DNA from: a virus
Taxonomy: Duplodnaviria; Caudoviricetes
Direction: 5' to 3' (one strand)
DNA length: 43,645 nucleotides
IMG/VR virus record: IMGVR_UViG_3300036797_000080
Span: 1 to 43,645 of that record
Part shown: one piece after another, positions 23,401 through 32,029 of the stretch
How the letters are laid out: every line of letters starts with the position of its first letter
How positions within the stretch are numbered: the stretch's first letter is position 1
Notes under the pieces: generated by a model
What the model was told of the DNA's origin: nothing
The model's input: the letters and a program-made list of their open reading frames with translations, nothing else
The model's database searches: none
Made by a program: the position numbers and the translations under genes

Positions 23401-25518
23401 CACGTTCAGGTTCGATCCGACATTGAGCGGAGTTGCGAGCGTGATGACCGCGGATCCCGGCGTATAGGCAAGACCCGGAGATGCGACCGAGGTCCCCTGC
23501 ACGTAAACCTGCAGCGAGATCGTCGCGCCCTCGCCCGGGCCGAGCGAGCCTTGCGGGGACGTGCCACCGGTGGTGACAGGACTCGACCATGAAAAGGCGC
23601 TTGAAGTGGTCGACAGCGCGGCAATCCAGCCCGTGCCCGCGGCCTTCTCCTGCAGCGTGAAATGCGTGCCCGAAAGATTGACGGCGTTGCACAGCGCGCA
23701 CTCCCAGGTGGGCAGCGAATAGGTCACACCGGCGATCTGGGTACCGTTGAAGGTTCTCGTCGCGTTGATGGCGCTGACGAGATTTGTGCAGGTATCGGCA
23801 GCCGTCTGGTCGATCAGCACCTGGCCGAACAGGGTATTGTCGAGGTCGGTGACGAAAGTATAGGTATCGGTGCCGTTTGAAAGTCCGGAGAGTCCCTGAT
23901 CGGTCCAGATGACCGCTCCATCGATGGTCGTTCCGCCCTTGTCGTCCCAGATCGGCGGAGCAGGCCCGGGCCCGGAAAGTCCCGGCAAGGTCCCGCCGGT
24001 GATCTTCTGAACGTGCCCGGCGGAATCGATGATGGTCCCGCCCAGTGCGTAAACGTGCGTTGGAAGCCAGGTCCCGACCGGAGTGCCGATGGTGATCGTG
24101 TCTCCCGGCGCCGGCTGCCCTGCAAACGTACCTGTCGCGGTGTTCGGCGTCGACAGCGTGGCGTAAGCGTTCGTGACCTGCTCGACGGGACGCATCAGGG
24201 TAAACGTCTGCTGCCCCGCTCCGACAAAGAATTCGCCCGAATGCGCGAATGCATCCATGCTCAGCCGGATCGCCTGCCGGTTACGATAATCTGCGCCGTT
24301 CACCTTCCAGGTGATCGAGTCCCAGAGGATGGGCTGGTCCGTCAGAGGCGCGAAGGGTGCGGGTGCAGGTGCGACAGACGGTACATCGAACACCAGCTGC
24401 CTCGTCGACGGATCCACGTACCAGGTGTATTGAGAAGTGGTCGCGAGCTGCGTGAAAATCTCGCTCAGCTTTTCGTAATTCGTGTTGAAGAGCGGGATGA
24501 TCGCTCCGTCTCCGATCGCGCCGAGCGTTACCGGGCAGCCTGTTTCAAAGCGGTTGAACAGGTCTGTGACGATAAAGCCCGCAGTCTGTTCGAAATACTG
24601 CACCGGCGAGGCATACACGGTGTCGAAGACCGACTCGAGCGATACCGCGGTGAGCAGGACGAAACGGTCGCCGGCGTTGTGCCCGGTCCAGTCGTTCTCG
24701 ATGTCCTGTATCAACCCGGCGAAGACGAGGAAGAATGTCGTGTCGTCGGTCTGGTCCCAGAGGTATACAGGCGCGCCCCGGGTTGGGACGTAACGATCTC
24801 CAGCCGCGATGAAAAGGTGAATGGTCGCCTGTCCCCTCTGCCGTAACTGCTGTGAGAAGCTGTTCTGCTGCGAGTCCCCCATGTGCAGATAAGGAGTTCT
24901 GTCCGTCATACCGATGACAGGTTCATCGATTACCAGCCACGCCTGCGGCGGGGGCGGCGGAGGTGGCGGCGGAGTAAACGGCGCCGCGAATGCGCTCAGT
25001 TTCAGGCTCGGCCAGTCGGTCATCGGCCCGCTGACCGGATCCCGGTGAATCGTGGCGAACGTTGCCGGATCGCCGTCTATCGCGTTATCGGGATTGAGGA
25101 CGTAATTGTGAGCGTCGACGCCTGGAATTCCATCGAGCGGAGTCGATGCGTTGCCGACGATGTCCGACTTGGTTGGTCGGTATGTAACTGCGGTTCCGGT
25201 TGTATCGGTAACGACGACCCAGGTATCGTAAACGAGATAATCCGCGACCTGATTCGGATTGGCAACGCCCTGGAAAAGATCGAAGACCAGGAACCAGTTC
25301 GCGCCCCATCGCATCGCGGGCTCCAGGGTCTCGAGATCGATGTGAAATTCGGTTCTGCCAAACGGTGTGGAGATCGGAAGCCCGGGCGTCCAGATGGATT
25401 GCCCCAGGCTGAACCAGTTCCCGCCGTTGGCGGATATCGACGGCGTCTGCTGCGCTACCGCGGCATTGGCGTCGTATTCGAGGATGACGTGCAGAACGGC
25501 CGAAACGATCGCGCTCAT
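20491..25518 (-). CDS. large tail-tip/hub protein fused to carbohydrate-binding, Ig-like and pectate-lyase-3/GH55-like depolymerase domains (1675 aa)
   Basis: Directly follows the tape measure gene; hub-like FAGLIQDI..WYVD segment; VDVTAHGAAGNGTTDDTAAIQAAI..IYFPAGTYLISDTL beta-helix start. Confidence 0.85.
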   Translation of the reverse strand: MSAIVSAVLHVILEYDANAAVAQQTPSISANGGNWFSLGQSIWTPGLPISTPFGRTEFHIDLETLEPAMRWGANWFLVFDLFQGVANPNQVADYLVYDTWVVVTDTTGTAVTYRPTKSDIVGNASTPLDGIPGVDAHNYVLNPDNAIDGDPATFATIHRDPVSGPMTDWPSLKLSAFAAPFTPPPPPPPPPQAWLVIDEPVIGMTDRTPYLHMGDSQQNSFSQQLRQRGQATIHLFIAAGDRYVPTRGAPVYLWDQTDDTTFFLVFAGLIQDIENDWTGHNAGDRFVLLTAVSLESVFDTVYASPVQYFEQTAGFIVTDLFNRFETGCPVTLGAIGDGAIIPLFNTNYEKLSEIFTQLATTSQYTWYVDPSTRQLVFDVPSVAPAPAPFAPLTDQPILWDSITWKVNGADYRNRQAIRLSMDAFAHSGEFFVGAGQQTFTLMRPVEQVTNAYATLSTPNTATGTFAGQPAPGDTITIGTPVGTWLPTHVYALGGTIIDSAGHVQKITGGTLPGLSGPGPAPPIWDDKGGTTIDGAVIWTDQGLSGLSNGTDTYTFVTDLDNTLFGQVLIDQTAADTCTNLVSAINATRTFNGTQIAGVTYSLPTWECALCNAVNLSGTHFTLQEKAAGTGWIAALSTTSSAFSWSSPVTTGGTSPQGSLGPGEGATISLQVYVQGTSVASPGLAYTPGSAVITLATPLNVGSNLNVEYTRAGGDVIEVEDTALVNAFAEITHGTGKVQQITDASSTGLIKTSAASGLQFAQEALKSFKVAPTALELKTFTPGLQAGMALPVDLLYPIGGRDLLNGDWVIEEIDAEMVPVSKWIGNGQGHYRYTIKAVDIQEIGSFLDFWEGLGGGGGSAGGGASGGLVATSGGTQTVTPGQQGIWYEQEPAGTRNGVNRDFYLDFVPTTAPTGTPPEVPFILLVNGIEQDPYFPRYTLAGKSNHIVMAVAPESTDEFSAAYWAGDKATIPIDTSDGFTISATPASRTINATDTTTYTVSIGFLAGFAGTVALVVSGLPVGATGTFSPPSRTSAGTSTLTVVTSSGTPDATSLLTVSASSGATSHTTVLVLTVGIPVVASVADVVFPSGSGVVDVTAHGAAGNGTTDDTAAIQAAIYYALAHQLNVIYFPAGTYLISDTLVWKDAGATWRAYIAFWGQNESTTTIKLANSASGFGNATGSPLYDLAAINAKAMIYTASEAETNPLGAGEAGYYNDIHDLTLDTGTGNPGAEAIDWVCSNMASIRNVTIKGSGRVALNASRGWGGGGNGPALVKNLTISGTFDYGIINGAGEVGITWEHINISSSPNLIGLWNSNQNTWVRDLKVTTSAAAQAVLNEGVGNMVLIDSAFTGASPGGSAVLNNAFLFARNITSSGYFSAIARVGGTNITEYSSLGYVPLFLPAATTSLNLPILETPAFLADNDFTHWAVVTAGGGDRTTDIQTALNAGKPIVFLQAGAYTISGNLTVPTGVRRICGLYSQLNTAGSHTITFAGTSGASIDFRSLAFLGDISLVNHATVPLVVADVFNPSGYGNGSGTGLVVFFENAAIPGTITQSGGQAWARQFDIESDNTKVVNIGADFWCLGYKTEGTGAGGTGLGLWSTESGGRTEILGAFNSTPGPGSYLGYFETDSQSSIAGLSSGSVRVTVITETRAGVSKSYLNAGNRLGGAAVTLYSGRP

Positions 25519-25521
25519 GGG

Positions 25522-28500
25522 TTAGTGGGCGAACCTCGAGAACTGAGGACTTGCGGTCTTGAGATACTGGGCGACGGCGCGCGCCGTCTCGCGCGGGTTA
25601 TTGGCGCCTGCAATGTTGAAATTGTTGGTCTGCGATGCCGACGAGGAGGAAGACGAGATCGAGCTTGCAGAACCGCCGCTCGATGCGAAGGCCTTTAACT
25701 GGTGGTTCGGGATGATCGTTCCCAGTTGATGAGGAATGAAGAGTTCCGGGCCGCGCTCGCCGACGAGCGATGGGACGCCAAGCGGAGGCTCGCCGCCCTC
25801 GGCGAATGCGGCAGGCGCCCCGAAGCCCATGATCTGAGCAAATGTGGTGGCTGCCACGACAGGAGCTACAGCCACGTTCACGGGAAACGGAAGTGCCGCC
25901 ATGACGGATTCGAAACCCCACGCAGCGCCTTCTCCTGCCGCGCTCGTAACACTGGCTGCAGCCGCGGCCGATTCCACCGCTTTCTTTGTTGCCGCCGCCG
26001 CTGCCTGAGCGGTGGCGACTGCTCCAAATGCGGGGATCAGCTTAAGAACAGCCGCGAGAGCCGCAGTGGCCAGCGGGGTCAGTGCCTTGAGGCCCGATTC
26101 CAGCCCGATTTTTAAAGCGCTGGTCAGGGCAGAGATAGCCAGCTGTTTGCCGAGTTGACTGAATATCTGTCCCAGGCCCTTACCCTGGACAGCCGCCCGT
26201 GCCAGCGCTGAAGCGATTCCGTCGACACTGTCCTTTACAAGGTGTGCTGTGGCGACTTTCGATTTATCGAGCGCAGAGCCGTCCCCGAATTGACCCTTTA
26301 TCTGCGCACCCAGCGTTTGGTTATTCTTCTCGATGGCAAGTTTTGACTGAGCCGCGGAATCGGCATTGTTGGCCTGCGCCCTTGCCTGCGCGATCTGGTT
26401 GTAGAGTTCGGCTACGCGCTTCGCATCCGATACCTGCTTTTCGCTGCCGTCCTCGGAATCGGCCATGGCAGTGGCCGCCAGTTCCAGTTCCTTCTGCAGC
26501 CCGGCTATCTTCGCGTTGCGCGCCTGCGCGTCGAAGTCGGCGATCTGCCTTTCGAACGAGAGCCGCTCCGCCTGCGTGTGAACAACCTCGAGGCCATAGG
26601 CCCGCTCGAGCGCGATCTTGTTCGTCTGGATTGCTTCAGCGTCAGTCTGGCCTTTGCCTTTGGCCAGGATTTCCTCTGAGGCCTGGTTGGCTAATGTGTT
26701 GAATGCGCCCGGCGCTGCCTGTTGGATGAAGGTCTCACGCGCTTTCTTCTGCACCGCATTGTAACTTCGCTCCCACGCTGAGGTCACCTGATCGGCCCGT
26801 TCGCGGACAGCGGTGACGAGCGCCGCCTGATTGCGCAGTTCCGCTTCCTTCTCGGCCTGGCCGAGCGCCGTGATCTTTGCAGCCGATTCGGCCCGCGCAT
26901 CCAATACCAGCCGCTGCGCCGTAATCTGCGCCCTGCCTTTTTCCTCGGGTCCTTCCAGCGCGGATTCGGCCGCGGCGCGCTTCTCGATCCCGGCAATCTG
27001 CGCGGCCAGCTCCTGCTGGTACAGAGGCACGAGCTTCGCGACTTTCTGCTGCGCGGTGCCAAGATCTACCGCAGCAGAAGCAGCCTTCCGGTCGACGACA
27101 TCACGCATGGCGTCAAGCTGCGCCTGCTCTTCAAGCCGCGCCAGAGCGACGGCGTTTTCCGCGGTCTTCCGATCGGAATCCGATATTCGGCGGTTGGCAT
27201 CGATCTGGTTCTGTGCCAGTTCCGGTGCCTGTTTTTCGCCCCGGATCTGTTCGGTGAGTCCTCCCGCTACCGCGGACGACGATTGCTGTCTCACGGCGAG
27301 GGTGAATCGCGCCTGTTCGGTAAGCAGCGTGGGGTCGTTCGGATTCTTAAGCCTCTTCGCCTGATCCGCCTGGAGGGCCTGGAAAGCCTCGTCCGCGTCC
27401 TTTTGCGCCTTCTCCTGCGCTTTCACACGGCCCGCGAAGGTCTGCGATTTACGCGCCGCCGCGCCCTGCCCCTGCGCGAAAAGATCGTCGGCCGTGAGAC
27501 CGAGCCCGGTCGTTTGCGAGCGATCGTGTTCCTTCGCGCCCAGTGCTTCCGGCTCCGACTCCTTGCCCAGCGTTTCGCGTATCAGCGCGGGAAGGCCGCC
27601 GAGCCCGGTCATCTTGTCTACAAGGGCGGCGATCGCCCCCACGCCGCGCTTCGACATTTCGTAAAACGCCGCGCCGATTTCGAGCGCCGAGTTTTCGATC
27701 GACTGAACCCACGTTTTCTCGAGCGAAAAATCGGTGAGGATGCTTTTAAGGCTTTCGATATCGCGGTGTACGGCGTCGATCTCGGTGCGCGCCGAAGAGC
27801 TGAGCGTCGTTCCGAAGGTTTTCGCAGCCTCGGCCGCATTGACAAAAGCCGGCGTCAGTTGCGCGAGCCCCATCCCGGCGTGCTCTTTGCCGAAGAGCTC
27901 GACTGCAATCCGCGCCCGTTCAGCCGGATCGCGGATGGAATCGAAACCGGTGGCTATGCGCGCGAGCAGGTCGACCCACTGCATGCCATCCGCCTCTTCA
28001 GGCGTGATGCCCAGTGCGCCGAGGCCCGCGTTATAGGCGCGCGAGCCAGTCCGTTTTGTCGCCGCATCGATCAGGGCCTGCAGAGAGGCTTCGTCGGAGC
28101 CCGATGCATCTGCCGCGTTGTGGATGGCTTCGACTCCGCCAATCGATCGGCCCCAGACTGCCGCCATCAGCGCTTCCTGTTCGATGAGCTTGCCGCGGGT
28201 ATCGAGCAGCTTTATCGATTCTTCAATCAGAATCGAAACGCCGACAGCCGCAGCCGTGAACAGGGTGGGGGAAAGGGCAATGCGGAGCGCCCTGTAGCTG
28301 TTGGCGAGTGTGTCGGCAGTCGAGCCGGATGCCGCGGCTATGCCGGAATACTTGGCAGCAATTTCGAGCGCGCCTGCAATGGCCACGCCTGCCTCGGCTG
28401 CCGCTTTGGCTCCCCTGCCGAAGGAGTCGTATACCTTCCCGATTTCGGTGCCGGCGGAATGCCCGAAACCTTCCAGGTTCCTGACGCCTTCGGAAAGTCC

Positions 28501-28611
28501 GTCAGCAATCTGTTTTGAGAACTTCTCGGCGGCATCGGAGCCTTCCTGCATCGCGGCCTTAAAACCGTCGATGTCGCCGCCGATGCGGACTGTCAAATCA
28601 CCCAGAGGCAT
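25522..28611 (-). CDS. tail tape measure protein (1029 aa)
   Basis: LGDLTVRIGGD N-terminus; Ala-rich helices; C-terminal FAEGG..LVGERGPELFIP..GTIIPNH. Confidence 0.95.
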   Translation of the reverse strand: MPLGDLTVRIGGDIDGFKAAMQEGSDAAEKFSKQIADGLSEGVRNLEGFGHSAGTEIGKVYDSFGRGAKAAAEAGVAIAGALEIAAKYSGIAAASGSTADTLANSYRALRIALSPTLFTAAAVGVSILIEESIKLLDTRGKLIEQEALMAAVWGRSIGGVEAIHNAADASGSDEASLQALIDAATKRTGSRAYNAGLGALGITPEEADGMQWVDLLARIATGFDSIRDPAERARIAVELFGKEHAGMGLAQLTPAFVNAAEAAKTFGTTLSSSARTEIDAVHRDIESLKSILTDFSLEKTWVQSIENSALEIGAAFYEMSKRGVGAIAALVDKMTGLGGLPALIRETLGKESEPEALGAKEHDRSQTTGLGLTADDLFAQGQGAAARKSQTFAGRVKAQEKAQKDADEAFQALQADQAKRLKNPNDPTLLTEQARFTLAVRQQSSSAVAGGLTEQIRGEKQAPELAQNQIDANRRISDSDRKTAENAVALARLEEQAQLDAMRDVVDRKAASAAVDLGTAQQKVAKLVPLYQQELAAQIAGIEKRAAAESALEGPEEKGRAQITAQRLVLDARAESAAKITALGQAEKEAELRNQAALVTAVRERADQVTSAWERSYNAVQKKARETFIQQAAPGAFNTLANQASEEILAKGKGQTDAEAIQTNKIALERAYGLEVVHTQAERLSFERQIADFDAQARNAKIAGLQKELELAATAMADSEDGSEKQVSDAKRVAELYNQIAQARAQANNADSAAQSKLAIEKNNQTLGAQIKGQFGDGSALDKSKVATAHLVKDSVDGIASALARAAVQGKGLGQIFSQLGKQLAISALTSALKIGLESGLKALTPLATAALAAVLKLIPAFGAVATAQAAAAATKKAVESAAAAASVTSAAGEGAAWGFESVMAALPFPVNVAVAPVVAATTFAQIMGFGAPAAFAEGGEPPLGVPSLVGERGPELFIPHQLGTIIPNHQLKAFASSGGSASSISSSSSSASQTNNFNIAGANNPRETARAVAQYLKTASPQFSRFAH

Positions 28612-28612
28612 G

Positions 28613-28969
28613 TTATTGGGTCAGGTCCTCTCCGCCGAAGCTGGCGTTGAGCAGGCGCATGTTCGCAATGAATTCTTCACGGGTCGGTTCGTGTGATTCT
28701 TCGGGGGGGGTAATGGAAGAAGAAGGCATGAAGTCCTGCGGCGAAAACGCTTCGTGCTTGGGGTCGCGGTGACAGTTGGCGATGGTCGACGCAACTATCC
28801 CAGCGCGCAGAAAGGCAAGGTCTTCGCGCTCACGGAAGCGGTCCATGAGCGCGGAGAACTCGGCGAGCGTCAGAGCCCAGAATTCCCGGTCAGAAATTCC
28901 ATGGCTCCGCGCCCCGCTCCAGAGTTGCAGCCAGTCTATGTCGTCGGCTGGCTGCTCTGGGCGTTTGGG
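28613..28969 (-). CDS. tail assembly chaperone gpT-like frame (expressed by -1 frameshift)
   Basis: -1 frame reads KRPEQPADDIDWLQLW..GISDREFWALTLAEF..AGIVASTIAN..FSPQDFMP; slippery C CCA AAC at 28969-28963. Confidence 0.85.
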   Translation of the reverse strand, partial: PKRPEQPADDIDWLQLWSGARSHGISDREFWALTLAEFSALMDRFREREDLAFLRAGIVASTIANCHRDPKHEAFSPQDFMPSSSITPPEESHEPTREEFIANMRLLNASFGGEDLTQ

Positions 28970-29277
28970 TCCGGTGTTGGGAATGCGCCCGTAAAGGCGG
29001 CGAGGAACTGCTGAATCAGATAGGGAGTTGCAGCCGGAGGGATCATCTCCGCCAATGCTTCGGCGTCTTTGATTCCGGACTTGTCCATCAGACCTTCGAA
29101 GAGAAGCTCCGGCAGCCGGTCCTCGTCGATCGAGCGGAACAATTCCCCCGTAAGCACCGGGACGCCGAACGTCTTTCTCAGACGCCGAAGCGTGGCGAGC
29201 GTATAGCGCAGCGCCCGGTCCCTGCCGTCACCCAGATCGACGGTGACGGCTTCAGTTGGGTAAACGTATTTCTCCAT
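28936..29277 (-). CDS. tail assembly chaperone gpG-like
   Basis: Lies between tail tube and tape measure; carries the slippery heptamer near its 3' end. Confidence 0.85.
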   Translation of the reverse strand: MEKYVYPTEAVTVDLGDGRDRALRYTLATLRRLRKTFGVPVLTGELFRSIDEDRLPELLFEGLMDKSGIKDAEALAEMIPPAATPYLIQQFLAAFTGAFPTPDPNAQSSQPTT

Positions 29278-29283
29278 CGGAGA

Positions 29284-29706
29284 TTACGCGAGTACTGGCC
29301 GGCCGGATACCTTGATGGTAATTTCGGCCATCACGGCGTCCTTGATTTTGTAGGTGTGGCCGATGTCGATCACGAGGCCCGCGAAGGACCACGCGACCGG
29401 AGGGACGAAGGGCGGAACGAGTCGAAAGTTGACCGGAACGCCCGCTTCGAACGTCGCGACGAGCCCGGAATGCGTCGCATCGTTGGGATCGAAGAACAGC
29501 GGAAGCTTGATGTCTCCGCCTTCTCTCAGGCCCGCAATAAACGACTTGTAGGGGCTGGTCTGGTTGTGCGTGGTTGTATCGATGGTGTCGGACTTCTGTC
29601 CCGGCCCGGTGATATCGTGGCCGATCTGCGCAATGGTCGTATACAAGCCTGACCCGGGCGCAGTCTCCTTTTCGAGGAGCGTTCCAAACGCTGCTGTGAA
29701 TGCCAT
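29284..29706 (-). CDS. major tail tube protein
   Basis: ITGPGQKSDTIDTTTH...YKSFIAGLREGG...ITIKVSGRP. Confidence 0.92.
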   Translation of the reverse strand: MAFTAAFGTLLEKETAPGSGLYTTIAQIGHDITGPGQKSDTIDTTTHNQTSPYKSFIAGLREGGDIKLPLFFDPNDATHSGLVATFEAGVPVNFRLVPPFVPPVAWSFAGLVIDIGHTYKIKDAVMAEITIKVSGRPVLA

Positions 29707-29718
29707 ATTGTTTTCCTT

Positions 29719-29738
29719 CCGTCGTCGCGACGGTAGTT
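29719..29738 (-). promoter_or_regulatory. AACTA-CCGTC-loop-GACGG hairpin abutting the tail-tube SD
   Basis: AACTACCGTCGCGACGACGG-AAGGA; same element as before the capsid gene. Confidence 0.6.
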
Positions 29739-29761
29739 ATTCGTTGTGAGAGGGAAGCCGC

Positions 29762-30157
29762 TTATGCGTACAGCACGCGGAGGTTGAACTTTGCGTCGGT
29801 CGAGCCCGCGTTAGTCACATAGATCGCGGTGACGTCGGTCAGGAACGGGCAGGCAGTCGCATAGTCCACTCCCCAGACAAGACCGGAGGTCTTTTTGATT
29901 GAGAATGTCTCGGTCGGTGTCGTGGTCGAGTTCATCTTGACGGTGACGTCCTGATCGCAGCTCATCACGAGCGCCTTGATCGTGGCATGGGGAAAGCTGA
30001 TCGATATGGCCTGGTTGGTGGTTGCCGCGGTGACGACGGTCGAAACGCCGGCATCTTCCGTGCCGGTGTAGCTGCCGACCGGAGTGGAGACGGCTTTGCC
30101 GTTGCCCGTGTAAGTGATCGCGATAGTGTCTGTAAAGGTGTTGATGATCGTTGCCAT
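29762..30157 (-). CDS. Thr-rich beta protein, probable virion component (131 aa)
   Basis: AAGGAG SD; located just before the tail tube gene. Confidence 0.7.
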   Translation of the reverse strand: MATIINTFTDTIAITYTGNGKAVSTPVGSYTGTEDAGVSTVVTAATTNQAISISFPHATIKALVMSCDQDVTVKMNSTTTPTETFSIKKTSGLVWGVDYATACPFLTDVTAIYVTNAGSTDAKFNLRVLYA

Positions 30158-30199
30158 TGGTGTTGCTCCTTGGTTGGTTTGGAAAACTGCCGGGGGAAC

Positions 30200-30847
30200 T
30201 TAGAAACCGTTGTGAAGGCGGCGCATCGATTCCGGATCGACTTTGTGAAACGTAATCATCCGGCTGTCCGGAGTTTCAATATCGTGTTGAGTGACTGCGG
30301 GCTGATACCGATCGTCGTGATGAGCCGCTATGCCGTTCAGGGCGAGAAGCTGGCCGACGGCGAAGTCTTCCGCGCGTATGCGGGTCAGGCCTGTCGCGAC
30401 CAACAGCATCGCTTTGTGTGAGAGCCAGTAACCGGCTCCGCCCTGCGCCCACTCATAGGGGTGGCCTGATTCGAAATCGTAGTGACTGGCCATGAAGCCC
30501 GTGTAATCGTGCGCTTCGAAGCCGCTCGAGAGAAGCTTGTCCGTGCGGACGTAAGTATCGTCATCGCATTTGAAAACGTAGTCGTAGCCGTTTTTGATTG
30601 CGAACTGCGCGAGCGCAACGGTCTTGCGGTTTATGACCCACGTACGCCGGTGGCCTTCCCAGAGCGGCCCGTCTGGAATGCACAGATGGACAATGTCATC
30701 CCCAACTGCAACCTGGCTCACGGATTCCGGAACGCCCAAAAAGTACTTGTAATCCGCGCCCTTCAGATCCTTCAGCCACGTTTCGCGCTGCGCCGCCATC
30801 CGTTCTGGCTCCGAGTGCGCGCCGTGGATTGCGATAAGGACTCTCAC
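30200..30847 (-). CDS. GT-A glycosyltransferase, GT31/Fringe/galactosyltransferase-like
   Basis: YDYVFKCDDDTYV (DxD), QGGAGYWLS, AEDFAVG, ITFH motifs; GTG start coupled (GTGA) to the upstream stop. Confidence 0.88.
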   Translation of the reverse strand: MRVLIAIHGAHSEPERMAAQRETWLKDLKGADYKYFLGVPESVSQVAVGDDIVHLCIPDGPLWEGHRRTWVINRKTVALAQFAIKNGYDYVFKCDDDTYVRTDKLLSSGFEAHDYTGFMASHYDFESGHPYEWAQGGAGYWLSHKAMLLVATGLTRIRAEDFAVGQLLALNGIAAHHDDRYQPAVTQHDIETPDSRMITFHKVDPESMRRLHNGF

Positions 30848-31071
30848 GCGCGCATCGATGAGCCTGAGCTTGGCCATGAGCCTGGGCCTGGCCAAGGCGT
30901 GGAGACTGTTGTCCACGACCTGGAGGCTGGCATCTCGACGGACACATAAGGTGTGTAGGACCAGGGCGCGACGTAAGGTACTGCCTGCCTGACAGTGAGC
31001 TTGTTGCCTTCCACCGAGACCGTCACATCCCCAAGGATTTCGATTTCCAGGTCGTTGAGTTTGAGTGTCAT
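30844..31071 (-). CDS. hypothetical protein (75 aa)
   Basis: ORF fills the gap and is coupled to the glycosyltransferase start. Confidence 0.55.
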   Translation of the reverse strand: MTLKLNDLEIEILGDVTVSVEGNKLTVRQAVPYVAPWSYTPYVSVEMPASRSWTTVSTPWPGPGSWPSSGSSMRA

Positions 31072-31086
31072 AAATCCATTGCTGTT

Positions 31087-31236
31087 TTACTTGCCGACTT
31101 GGACCATGCCCTGCTGCGTCATGACCATGAGCGGTCCGGATTCCGCTTCTTCGTCTCCGAGCGATACGGCGCGGTGCAGAATCATCACCAGAGCCTCGAG
31201 CGCGACGGCGATCCGCACGCCTGTTTCGTCGGTCAT
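31087..31236 (-). CDS. hypothetical protein (49 aa)
   Basis: GGAG SD, ATGA coupling; MTDETGVRIAVALEALVMIL... Confidence 0.55.
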   Translation of the reverse strand: MTDETGVRIAVALEALVMILHRAVSLGDEEAESGPLMVMTQQGMVQVGK

Positions 31237-31598
31237 GTAAGAGTCTCCGAAATGTAGAACTCAACCAGGCTTTGCGGCAGCTTCACATGTAAATCGAGGA
31301 GCGTATGCCGCCTCTCGATCAGACAGACTTTTATTCCGTCGTCCCGGAACGGCGTCAGGAAATCGACAATTGCCTGCGTCTGCGCCTCGGCCGGAGGGTA
31401 AGTGTCGGCGTAGGATGAGAACTGGATCTGCCAGCGCTTCAGCGCTGTTACCGTTCCCTCTCCCATGGTGTGCATGGTGTCCTGCAACGCGATCTCATAG
31501 ACCGTGTACGGCGTCGGCGTTCCCGCGGGGGGAGTAACTCCATAGAGTCTGATGACAAACGGCGACAGAAGCTCGTACAGCCGCTCTTCGATCGTCAC
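31233..31598 (-). CDS. tail terminator/completion protein (DUF3168-like)
   Basis: RLY...P.GTPTPYTVY...QIQFSSYADTY; synteny. Confidence 0.8.
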   Translation of the reverse strand: MTIEERLYELLSPFVIRLYGVTPPAGTPTPYTVYEIALQDTMHTMGEGTVTALKRWQIQFSSYADTYPPAEAQTQAIVDFLTPFRDDGIKVCLIERRHTLLDLHVKLPQSLVEFYISETLT

Positions 31599-32029
31599 GC
31601 GGAGGCCTCGATCAGCGCTTTATAGCCGCCTTCCGCGATAATCGCGACCATCAGTGACCTGGTCGCGGTAAGAGCCGGGCGCATGTAAGGCTGTGCGCCT
31701 GCTTTGGCGGTTCCGTACTCGATCCAGTGCGCCTGCGGCGCCCGGTGGTAATTCACGCCCACGATCACGTAGGGTTTCGAAGGATCTCCGTAAGCCGCGA
31801 AGATGGCGGATTTCAAAGTCCCGGGAACCTGCCACGGCAGCGGATTGGGCTTGGGGATCCTGATCACCGGCGCCAGATCCCGCGCTTTGTCGCGCAATAC
31901 GAGCGCGGCTTTCATCCAGATCTTCTTGGCTTCGGGTCCCGAGGCCCGGTCGATAATCTGCGCCATTTTGGCCTGCAGCTCGGGGATTCCATCGATGCGG
32001 GCGGCATTGCCTGCCGCACTGCGCGCCAT
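31595..32029 (-). CDS. HK97 gp10-family neck protein
   Basis: IDGIPEL...ARDLAP...GTLKSAI...AHWIEYGT..AQPYMRPAL. Confidence 0.9.
   Translation of the reverse strand: MARSAAGNAARIDGIPELQAKMAQIIDRASGPEAKKIWMKAALVLRDKARDLAPVIRIPKPNPLPWQVPGTLKSAIFAAYGDPSKPYVIVGVNYHRAPQAHWIEYGTAKAGAQPYMRPALTATRSLMVAIIAEGGYKALIEASA

Noticed and set aside
19428-25518. Paralogous tail segments as DGR template/variable repeats or a shufflon
   Set aside because: No reverse transcriptase; differences are not adenine-specific; all fibre genes are co-oriented with no inverted crossover sites seen
30848-31264. N-terminal 138 aa of the 354-aa glycosyltransferase ORF call
   Set aside because: Overlaps two better-supported small genes; the GT domain begins at the coupled GTG 30847
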